Shown here piece after piece: positions 18,598-26,418 of a DNA stretch of 64,000 nt. Under the pieces are notes generated by a model. The model did no database searches. It saw only the letters and a program-made list of their open reading frames with translations, and was not told the DNA's origin. Each line of letters starts with the position of its first letter. Position 1 is the first letter of the stretch. The DNA comes from an uncultured Bacillales bacterium. Its GTDB lineage: Bacteria > Bacillota_I > Bacilli_A > RF39 > UBA660. Position numbers and translations under genes: made by a program. The stretch is taken from contig CAMNCL010000005.1 of the NCBI GenBank assembly GCA_946534345.1, positions 435 through 64,434 of the forward strand, read 5' to 3'.

Positions 18598-19217
18598 TAT
18601 GAGTTCTTCATAATAACATCTTGAATACAATCACTTATTTGTTCACAACTATCAATTGTATTTTCAAAACAGTTATATAGATTAGTCCATTTAATTAATG
18701 AAATAGGATCTTTTTCTTCTTTATATAAATTAGATGTAATCTTTTCATATACCCTATCACCTTGTTCTTCTAATTTATTTACTACTATTACTTTAGATTT
18801 TATAGTCTCTATGTCTTTTAAATTACTAAGTACTTCAAATACCCCTTTAACAGCTTTAGCTGACTTAACTACAATATCTACTATTTCTAAAGAATCTTCT
18901 CTAATCTTTTTAACATTAAATATTCTAATATTAATAGCTATTTCATCTATACCATCTTCAATATCATCTAATTTGTTTACTATAGTTGCGATATCTTCTC
19001 TATCTATTGGAGGTAAAAAATCTTTTATTAAATACTCTCTCATTTTATGAACTACTCTATCTGATGCATGTTCTAACTTATGGATTTCTTCGATACTTTT
19101 ATCTAATTTTTCTAAATTATAATCATCAATCATATTTTTTAAGATATCAGCTGATTTAACTATATAATCAGTTAGATTGATAAATTCATCAAAATAATTA
19201 TACTTTTCTTTTTTCAT
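18597..19217 (-). CDS. DUF47 (PhoU-like, TIGR00153) protein, PiT-associated
   Basis: It is helical with HKLEHASDRVVHKM and DREDI motifs and forms the conserved pairing downstream of a PiT transporter. I moved the start to the ATG at 19217, 7 nt after AAGGAG. Confidence 0.8.
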   Translation of the reverse strand: MKKEKYNYFDEFINLTDYIVKSADILKNMIDDYNLEKLDKSIEEIHKLEHASDRVVHKMREYLIKDFLPPIDREDIATIVNKLDDIEDGIDEIAINIRIFNVKKIREDSLEIVDIVVKSAKAVKGVFEVLSNLKDIETIKSKVIVVNKLEEQGDRVYEKITSNLYKEEKDPISLIKWTNLYNCFENTIDSCEQISDCIQDVIMKNS

Positions 19218-19233
19218 ATTACTACTCCTTATA

Positions 19234-20289
19234 TTAAATAATTCCAATAACTATTTTAGTTAATATATAACCTAATATTCCACAGAATGGGAAAGTTAAA
19301 AACCAAGTTAAGACAATATTTTTAGCCATGTTCCAATTGACATTGGATAATCTTCTAGAGGCTCCTACACCCATCACAGCACAGTTCTTTGTATGATTAG
19401 AACTAACAGGTAAACCTATTAATGACGAAGCAAATAAACAAATTGAACTAGCTATATCAGCAGCGGTACCTTGATATCTTTCTACTTTAGTTACTTTAGT
19501 ACCCATTGTTTTAATTATTCTCATTCCACCTATTAAAGTTCCCATAGATATAATAATAGATGTAAATATCATTAACCATATAGGTATTTGAAAATTAGTA
19601 GCTCCCGGAATAGTACCATTAGAAAGTACTACACCAAGTAATAAGAATGACATAAACTTTTGTCCATCTTGAGCACCATTCATAAAACAAGTAGTCATTG
19701 CACCAATAATTTGTGTATATTTAAAAAACTTATTAGTCTTTCTTCTATCCATTTCTTTACATATTACTTCTATTAACTTAGTAATAATATAACCAATAAT
19801 AAAAGCTAATAAATTGATAAAGATAAGACCATATATTACTTTCTTCCATTCATTAAAGTTAATTGCTGAAAAGTTTCCCATTAAAGCAATAGCTGCTCCT
19901 GAAATACCAGCAATCAAAGCATGTGATTGACTAGATGGAATACCAAACTTCCATGCTAGAAAACACCAAATACTAATACCAACTAAAGCACAACATAAAG
20001 TAATTAAACTAATGGAAGGATTTCCACCAAAATTAACCATATTATAAATAGATTTAGCAACATTAGAACTAATATAAGTCATTAATATTAAACCTAGAGT
20101 ATTACTAATAATTGCGAAGAACAAACCCTTTTTAGGAGTTAAACTTCTAGTAGTTATACAAGTAGCAATAGCATTAGGTATATCAGAACAACCATTTATA
20201 AACATAACTATAGAAATTAATATAGTAGTAATTAATAGACTATAATTAGTAAATAAATTATGTAAAAAAGATAAAAAACTTAATTCCAT
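19234..20289 (-). CDS. inorganic phosphate transporter, PiT (PHO4) family
   Basis: 351 aa, polytopic. It carries PHO4-type motifs: GCSDIPNAIAT, SQSHALIAGISGAA, MNGAQDGQKFM. Confidence 0.9.
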   Translation of the reverse strand: MELSFLSFLHNLFTNYSLLITTILISIVMFINGCSDIPNAIATCITTRSLTPKKGLFFAIISNTLGLILMTYISSNVAKSIYNMVNFGGNPSISLITLCCALVGISIWCFLAWKFGIPSSQSHALIAGISGAAIALMGNFSAINFNEWKKVIYGLIFINLLAFIIGYIITKLIEVICKEMDRRKTNKFFKYTQIIGAMTTCFMNGAQDGQKFMSFLLLGVVLSNGTIPGATNFQIPIWLMIFTSIIISMGTLIGGMRIIKTMGTKVTKVERYQGTAADIASSICLFASSLIGLPVSSNHTKNCAVMGVGASRRLSNVNWNMAKNIVLTWFLTFPFCGILGYILTKIVIGII

Positions 20290-20628
20290 ACCCTCTACCT
20301 CTATTATTAATTATAACATCTAATAAAAAAGCATATATTTATTAAACATATACTTTACATTATTTAACACTATACTCTTTTCAACATTTTATAATATTCC
20401 ATCATACAATTGTAAAACTTTTTATATATTTTTGATTATTTAAATATATTTATAAAAGTAAATATAATTTTTATCTCAGAGAAAAATTGTTTTTTAAATT
20501 CTTTAAACAATAAATTTTATAAATCTAACATTTTACAATTATAATGCATTATGTTATTTTACTCTGGACACATTTGAAATTCAAATGCTTCTCTCATCTT
20601 AGGGGGTTCCTGAGAGGATGTGGATATT

Positions 20629-20706
20629 ATGACCTATAGAGAGAAATCTTTATATCTTGTAATATTACTTTTATTTATTGCAGTCTTTGGACTAATCTTT
20701 AAATAA
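20629..20706 (+). CDS. candidate 25-aa hydrophobic peptide (type I toxin-like); speculative
   Basis: My translation gives MTYREKSLYLVILLLFIAVFGLIFK. A TTTACA-17-TATTTT promoter with an extended TG lies upstream. The GAGAGGA site sits in a ctctca/tgagag hairpin. The ORF is too short for the ORF track. Confidence 0.3.
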   Translation: MTYREKSLYLVILLLFIAVFGLIFK

Positions 20707-20801
20707 AAAAAGCATTTGAATCAATCTGATTCGAATGCACTCAAAACATTGAGAAGCATTTGACAGAACTCAAATGTGTCTCTAATTAATATATATCATA
20801 C

Positions 20802-21317
20802 TTAATTATTTATATCAAGTATTTCTCTATACTCTTTATCTGAATATGCGCATACTAATACTTCTATATTATAATCTTTATTCTCTTTTATAAATGTATT
20901 ATAAGCTTTTATACATTGATCTAGAGACGTTTTAGCAGGATGTGGATTATTACCTCCAAATATACCTGAACTAATTAATGGAAAAGCTACACTATGTAGA
21001 TTATTATCTTTTAGTACTTTTAATGAATTATAATAAGCATTATATAAATCATCTAATCTATCACTTCTATTAAAATCAGGTCCTACTGCATGGATTATAT
21101 ACTTACAATTACTTATATTAAAAGAATCAGTAATTACTGCATCACCATCATTTAATGGTGTTTTTAATTGACTACAAGCCTCATTTAATTCTTTATAACC
21201 TGCTCTTTTATATATTTCTCCACATACTCCAGATCCAGACATTAAATATTCATTAGCAGCATTAACAATAGCATCTACTTCTTGATTTACACAAGAGTCT
21301 TTAATAATTTTTATCAT
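20802..21317 (-). CDS. macro domain protein (MacroD-type ADP-ribose/O-acetyl-ADP-ribose hydrolase)
   Basis: 171 aa. It carries VDAIVNAANEYLMSGSGVCGEIYKRAG, IIHAVGPDF and VAFPLISSGIFGG, the canonical macro-domain motifs. Confidence 0.9.
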   Translation of the reverse strand: MIKIIKDSCVNQEVDAIVNAANEYLMSGSGVCGEIYKRAGYKELNEACSQLKTPLNDGDAVITDSFNISNCKYIIHAVGPDFNRSDRLDDLYNAYYNSLKVLKDNNLHSVAFPLISSGIFGGNNPHPAKTSLDQCIKAYNTFIKENKDYNIEVLVCAYSDKEYREILDINN

Positions 21318-21318
21318 A

Positions 21319-22164
21319 TTACATATTACCTACTATTACTTTTCCATCTAGATTACATATATAACAATCAGGTAATTTATCTTTTATATATTCAAGCGCC
21401 TTTGTGTCTTTTTCTATCTTTCTACCAACAAATATTCCTTCTATTAAGCAATTTGGTAATCCAAACATAATAGCTGATTCTCTATCTGTAGTAGATGCAT
21501 CTCTATTAAATCTCTCATTATCAATAAATTTATCTACGTAACGATAATCTAAAAAATTTTCTAATATTTCTCTATCAAAATCCAAATTCCAAACATCATT
21601 ATACGCAAGCTCTTTAGCATAATCACTTTCCATATTTAAAATAAATGCAATCTGTCTTTTATTAGATACCCAGCTTGGAATAAAACTTACTTCTTTTGTC
21701 TTATTACCCCAATACATCCAAATTTCTTCACTATCATTTATTCTTTCCGTTACTTCATCAAACTTATGATAAGGAATTAATTCACTTACATTAGTAGCTT
21801 CTGGGCCTCTACCAATACTATAAGTAATAGTAAAACCACTATATTGCTCTATATAATCTCTTAATAAAATATCTTCTTTAATATTCCACATACCTACACT
21901 ATTAGATATCTTATTAGCTCTAGCTTGATTTGTAAAATCTACTGCAATAAACCCATTATTAATGGTATAATCAAAGTTTTCTAATTCGCCAAATATACCA
22001 TGTATAAATGTACCTTTTTTGAGTTTTACATCTTCTCCCACATTATACTTATTCTTAATAATATTTTGATTATCTTTATAAAACAAATCTACTTGTTTTA
22101 ATAATATATCTTTTGTTTTACCATTAAATCTATTATTAATATTTTCAATATATTTATCTTTCAT
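21319..22164 (-). CDS. hypothetical protein tightly coupled to the macro domain gene
   Basis: 281-aa ORF. There is 1 nt between its stop and the macro ATG. I recognised no motif. Confidence 0.65.
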   Translation of the reverse strand: MKDKYIENINNRFNGKTKDILLKQVDLFYKDNQNIIKNKYNVGEDVKLKKGTFIHGIFGELENFDYTINNGFIAVDFTNQARANKISNSVGMWNIKEDILLRDYIEQYSGFTITYSIGRGPEATNVSELIPYHKFDEVTERINDSEEIWMYWGNKTKEVSFIPSWVSNKRQIAFILNMESDYAKELAYNDVWNLDFDREILENFLDYRYVDKFIDNERFNRDASTTDRESAIMFGLPNCLIEGIFVGRKIEKDTKALEYIKDKLPDCYICNLDGKVIVGNM

Positions 22165-22304
22165 CTACGTCTCCCATAGTTATTCTCTTCTTCATCTTCT
22201 TTTTCATCTTCATCATCTTGTTCTGTCTTTGGATTTAGATTTTCATCTACTTGTCCTGTTACTATTAAATATTCTAAAAAATCATCAAAATTAATATTAT
22301 TCAT
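22161..22304 (-). CDS. candidate 47-aa highly acidic protein
   Basis: My translation gives MNNINFDDFLEYLIVTGQVDENLNPKTEQDDEDEKEDEEENNYGRRR. GGAGG lies 4 nt upstream. Its stop overlaps the next ATG as ATGA. It is below the ORF-track size cutoff. Confidence 0.4.
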   Translation of the reverse strand: MNNINFDDFLEYLIVTGQVDENLNPKTEQDDEDEKEDEEENNYGRRR

Positions 22305-22312
22305 AAAACCTC

Positions 22313-22930
22313 CTAATACTTAAAATATAAATATTTTAATCCTAAATCTTTATAAATACCAGTAGCTTTTGGTAAACCAAATAAACTTGGGAATATTAAA
22401 TTATATACTTCATCTATTAAAAATATACTACATAAAACTATACTTACTATAAATACAATATTCTTATATTTGCTTTTAACTAATTTTACTAACATTGGTA
22501 TTATTACATACATTAATAATAATCCAGATAGTCCAAATATTAAGACACTTCTTAAACATACATAGCCATCTATATTACCAAAATTTAATATTTCCTGATT
22601 ATAATCCCAACACTTAATCCAATGTAATTTACCATATAAAATATATCCTGAAATATATTCTAGTATACCAGTAGATACCATACTTATTAAAAATACTTGT
22701 AGTGGATGTTTCTTTCTCTTATAAGTTAAAAATAATATTAAGAAAGCACCATATGCATAGATATTAATCCAAGGTAAGAAATTACCTCCACGCATATAGA
22801 AAGTCTTCATACCACTATTAAAATAATAAAATATGAATTCATATAACCAGCCAAATACTCCTGATATTACTATTATTAAACTTATTACACTTATTATTTG
22901 TTTCTTATTTAATTTATATTCTTTAAACAT
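22313..22930 (-). CDS. polytopic membrane protein (possibly DUF1113/CmpB-like)
   Basis: 205 aa with about 6 TM helices. The motif FGWLYEFIFYYF near the first helix is reminiscent of the putative ABC-transporter type IV family. The family assignment is tentative. Confidence 0.55.
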   Translation of the reverse strand: MFKEYKLNKKQIISVISLIIVISGVFGWLYEFIFYYFNSGMKTFYMRGGNFLPWINIYAYGAFLILFLTYKRKKHPLQVFLISMVSTGILEYISGYILYGKLHWIKCWDYNQEILNFGNIDGYVCLRSVLIFGLSGLLLMYVIIPMLVKLVKSKYKNIVFIVSIVLCSIFLIDEVYNLIFPSLFGLPKATGIYKDLGLKYLYFKY

Positions 22931-22931
22931 A

Positions 22932-23618
22932 TTACTCTTCCCTTTCTATTACTTTTAATATTTCATCAGCAATTATTCTATGCCCTTCTTCACTAGGATG
23001 TATTCCATCTATAAATAATTCACTATGATTCTTAGTAATCCTATATAGATCTATTACTTTTATATTATCATATTCTTTACTTAATCTATTTATAATTGGA
23101 ATTACTCCATTCTCTAAATTCTTTCTATTAGGTCTATCTTCTCCTATGTCATCTATAAATAATTGAGGTGGTATCATTAGATAGATTTTTTCATTAGGTT
23201 TATTTTTCAATAACTTGTTTATTAATTCTCTATATTCTTTCTCAAATCTATTATAATTCCAATTAATATCTTTTGTATCATTAGTACCTAACATAATAAT
23301 AATTATATCTTCTTTATTTTTCCAAAACTCATTAATAATATCTTCACTAAAATAAGGATAATCCCCAGTAGAAAGTAATGTTCTACTTACTAGTCCATAA
23401 TTAATAGTTTGATAATTACTATTCATCTTGGGTAATAGTGCTGTCCAGATATCATCATTTGATACTTTAAATCCATGTGTAATACTATCTCCTAAACAAG
23501 CTATTTTTATATTACCATCTCCAACTACTTTTATTTTGCTTTTTTCTGGAACAAATATTTTTATTCCAATAATAGTAATTAAAAATACTACTATAATTAT
23601 GCCAATCGTTTTTTTCAT
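22932..23618 (-). CDS. SGNH/GDSL hydrolase, membrane anchored
   Basis: Block I is ACLGDSITHG, block III is MLGTNDT, and block V is DGIHPSEEGH. It has an N-terminal TM anchor. Confidence 0.85.
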   Translation of the reverse strand: MKKTIGIIIVVFLITIIGIKIFVPEKSKIKVVGDGNIKIACLGDSITHGFKVSNDDIWTALLPKMNSNYQTINYGLVSRTLLSTGDYPYFSEDIINEFWKNKEDIIIIMLGTNDTKDINWNYNRFEKEYRELINKLLKNKPNEKIYLMIPPQLFIDDIGEDRPNRKNLENGVIPIINRLSKEYDNIKVIDLYRITKNHSELFIDGIHPSEEGHRIIADEILKVIEREE

Positions 23619-23659
23619 AAGTCATCACATTTAGATTATATCATAATAAAAACTGATTA

Positions 23660-24133
23660 TTAATCAGTTTTTATATCTTCTTTAAACTCTTCTTCAAATA
23701 CTTTATCCATTGCTTGTATTGCTTTTGTGAAATATAAAGGATATTTCATATAACCTTTAGCTTCTATTTCTTTATTATCTTGAATAGTCATTTTAAAACT
23801 AAAAGATCCTACATTAGTATTACTTCTACTTTCATTAAAACCATTCCATAATCTTACATAATATCTATTACAAATTTCTACTAATTTATTAATTGTCTTT
23901 TTATCTATTTCATGTGATAATTCATCTTTTATTTTATCAGTCTTAATAGTCGCAACACATTTCTTATTACATTCTATTTTATAGTGTTTATGATTATTAC
24001 CTAAACTATCTATATATTCAAAATCTAAATTTTTTATATCTGTTACTTCAGATACATTTTGTAATATGACATAGCCTACTCCTATTACAACACCAATTAT
24101 AAGTATAATTAATAGTAATTTTTTTATATTCAT
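23660..24133 (-). CDS. hypothetical membrane-anchored protein
   Basis: 157-aa ORF with an N-terminal TM helix. I recognised no motif. Confidence 0.55.
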   Translation of the reverse strand: MNIKKLLLIILIIGVVIGVGYVILQNVSEVTDIKNLDFEYIDSLGNNHKHYKIECNKKCVATIKTDKIKDELSHEIDKKTINKLVEICNRYYVRLWNGFNESRSNTNVGSFSFKMTIQDNKEIEAKGYMKYPLYFTKAIQAMDKVFEEEFKEDIKTD

Positions 24134-24181
24134 ATAATCACCTACTATTTAAAGTATAACATATAAAAATAAAAAACTAAA

Positions 24182-24454
24182 TTATACTTTAGTTTTTATT
24201 AACAGCTTTACAGTTTCTTTTTTTAGTTCAGTAGCGCCTTTTCTTACATATTCAAAATAATCTTCTTCTGGTCCATATAATCCATCTATATAACCTTCTA
24301 AATACGCTTTATCTCTTTCTTCTTGTAAAAGTATTTCATAATACTCTTGTAATGTTTCTATTTTATCTTGTTCTATCTTATGAATTAAAGCAGCAGGTGT
24401 TACTGCTAAAGCTACTGCTAAAAAAGTAGCAGTTACTTTTTCTTTTGTTTCCAT
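24182..24454 (-). CDS. small hypothetical protein with N-terminal hydrophobic segment
   Basis: 90-aa ORF. VTATFLAVALAVTPAAL is signal/anchor-like. I recognised no motif. Confidence 0.5.
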   Translation of the reverse strand: METKEKVTATFLAVALAVTPAALIHKIEQDKIETLQEYYEILLQEERDKAYLEGYIDGLYGPEEDYFEYVRKGATELKKETVKLLIKTKV

Positions 24455-24531
24455 ATTATCCCCCTATAAGTGTCTCATATTATAAATTAAATTACTTATT
24501 TTGTCAAAAAAAGACTTAGTCTTACTAAGTC

Positions 24532-26418
24532 TTATTTAAAATATTTATGAATTAATAAATCTAATTCTACTAAATCTATAGGTTTTGATAAATAATCATC
24601 AAATCCCTCTTTTATATACATTTCTTTAGAACCAGTAAATGCATTAGCAGTAATTGCGACTACTGGTGGTGCTTTATAATCTTTAAGTTTTCTAATAACT
24701 CTAATTACATCTATACCACTCATTTCAGGCATTCTATGATCAATTAGAATCATATCGTATTGTTCACCTTTTTTATACTTAAAGATACAATCTCTACCAT
24801 TAGTACTAGTATCTATTTGGAATCCATATCTTCCAAATAATCTTTTAGATACTTCTAGATTCATATAATCATCTTCTACAATTAGAATTCTATATTTAGA
24901 GCAATCCATAACTGAAATATCAGCAGCAGCTTTCTTTTCTCTAACCTTATAATTACCAACTGTAGGTGTTAATTCAACTATTTGTTGTGGTATTTCTACA
25001 TGGAAAGTACTTCCTGCACCATAAACACTATCTACTTTTATATTTCCTCCTAATAAGTCAATATACTTTTTAGAAATAGCTAATCCTAATCCAGAACCAT
25101 CTATTCCTTTTTCAATAGCATCTTCCAATCTAGAATACTTTTCAAATATCTTATCATAATCTTCTTCTCTAATACCTATACCAGTATCACTAATTTTAAA
25201 CATTAAACTTACTTTAGAATTCTTCATTTCTTTAGATAAAGTTAATGTTACTTTACCAACTTCAGTATATTTAATCGCATTAGAAATAATATTAGAAATA
25301 ATTTGAAAAATCTTAGTTGAATCACCATATAATTTATTTGGAATAGAATTATCAATATTAATTATTAATTCTATCTTCTTATTAACTAACTTTTCTCTTA
25401 TATCATCTATTAAGTCATTTAATACTGATACTAATGAGTAATTAGCTTCATATAGTTTATCTTGATCATTCTCTACATTAGAAATATCTACTGCATTATC
25501 TAATACCTCTAAGAATTCTTTACTAGATGCTTCTATTTGTTTTATATTATCAATTAATTCTTGTCCTTCAATTTCAGTATTAGTTAGTATTCCTTTACTT
25601 AATGTAGATATAGCATTAATAGGAGGTACCATTTCTTTAGATACATTTGATAAGAAATCCAATTTAGTATGATTAGTCTGTTCTATTTCTCCAGTTAAAG
25701 ACTCTATTTGTTCAACCATTTCTAAGTCTGGATTTTCTAATAAGAAATATAATCCTAAAACATAAATAGCTGAAACAAGTCCCATTATAGCTATATCACT
25801 AAATAATGGTTGGAATACTAATATTATAATCATCAAACTAAATAACCAAATTAAACTTGCTCTTTCAGTAAAATTAATCTTCTTCCTTACTACAAATAGA
25901 ATTATAAAGATAGTTTCCATAGTAGTAATTACACAATAAAGAATTGTTGCGTAGAAAGCTAGTCCTCCAAAAGCTAGATTAATTGTTTCCTTTGTAGCAT
26001 ACTCATATGGTAAGAATAAATGTACTACTATAAATATTATTGTAAATATAAAGTGAGGAAGTAACTTTTTACTTGTAAATATCTCTCCTTTTAACATTTC
26101 CACAGCATTTTTATATTGCTTATCATTAACTGCTGAATAGTAATAGAATAATAAACTTGAAAAGAATAATACCATACTTAAATCTCTTAATTGTAAAGCA
26201 ATAGTACAAATATTAAATGGTAAATCAAAACCAAAAGCTAACATGATCATTATTTCTATAAGTAATATTCCTGTATTAGCACTAATTAATAATGCATACA
26301 TTTTATGTTTAGTTTTATCACTAATCTTTGGCTTAGTAAAATATAAAACATCTATCATTATAATGATTATTGTAGCTGCTAGAGTTAAGATATATCTTGA
26401 ATACATTATATTATTCAT
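24532..26418 (-). CDS. hybrid sensor kinase/response regulator paralogue lacking the H-box histidine
   Basis: It has a multi-TM N-terminus. The DHp region reads KLDFLSNVSKEMVPPINAI, with SKE where SHE is expected. The N, G1 and G2 boxes are intact (ISNAIKYT, ISDTGIGI, GSGLGLAISKKY). The REC domain is canonical (IVEDD, MILIDHRMP, AITA, LSKP). I moved the start to the ATG at 26418, after AAGGAGGTG. Confidence 0.85.
   Translation of the reverse strand: MNNIMYSRYILTLAATIIIIMIDVLYFTKPKISDKTKHKMYALLISANTGILLIEIMIMLAFGFDLPFNICTIALQLRDLSMVLFFSSLLFYYYSAVNDKQYKNAVEMLKGEIFTSKKLLPHFIFTIIFIVVHLFLPYEYATKETINLAFGGLAFYATILYCVITTMETIFIILFVVRKKINFTERASLIWLFSLMIIILVFQPLFSDIAIMGLVSAIYVLGLYFLLENPDLEMVEQIESLTGEIEQTNHTKLDFLSNVSKEMVPPINAISTLSKGILTNTEIEGQELIDNIKQIEASSKEFLEVLDNAVDISNVENDQDKLYEANYSLVSVLNDLIDDIREKLVNKKIELIINIDNSIPNKLYGDSTKIFQIISNIISNAIKYTEVGKVTLTLSKEMKNSKVSLMFKISDTGIGIREEDYDKIFEKYSRLEDAIEKGIDGSGLGLAISKKYIDLLGGNIKVDSVYGAGSTFHVEIPQQIVELTPTVGNYKVREKKAAADISVMDCSKYRILIVEDDYMNLEVSKRLFGRYGFQIDTSTNGRDCIFKYKKGEQYDMILIDHRMPEMSGIDVIRVIRKLKDYKAPPVVAITANAFTGSKEMYIKEGFDDYLSKPIDLVELDLLIHKYFK

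Noticed and set aside
20802-22164. A DarT-DarG toxin-antitoxin assignment for the 281-aa plus macro pair
   Set aside because: The macro protein is only 171 aa and lacks DarG's C-terminal antitoxin domain. I could not recognise DarT/DUF4433 motifs in the 281-aa protein. Only the generic hypothesis that a macro domain is coupled to an unknown enzyme is kept.
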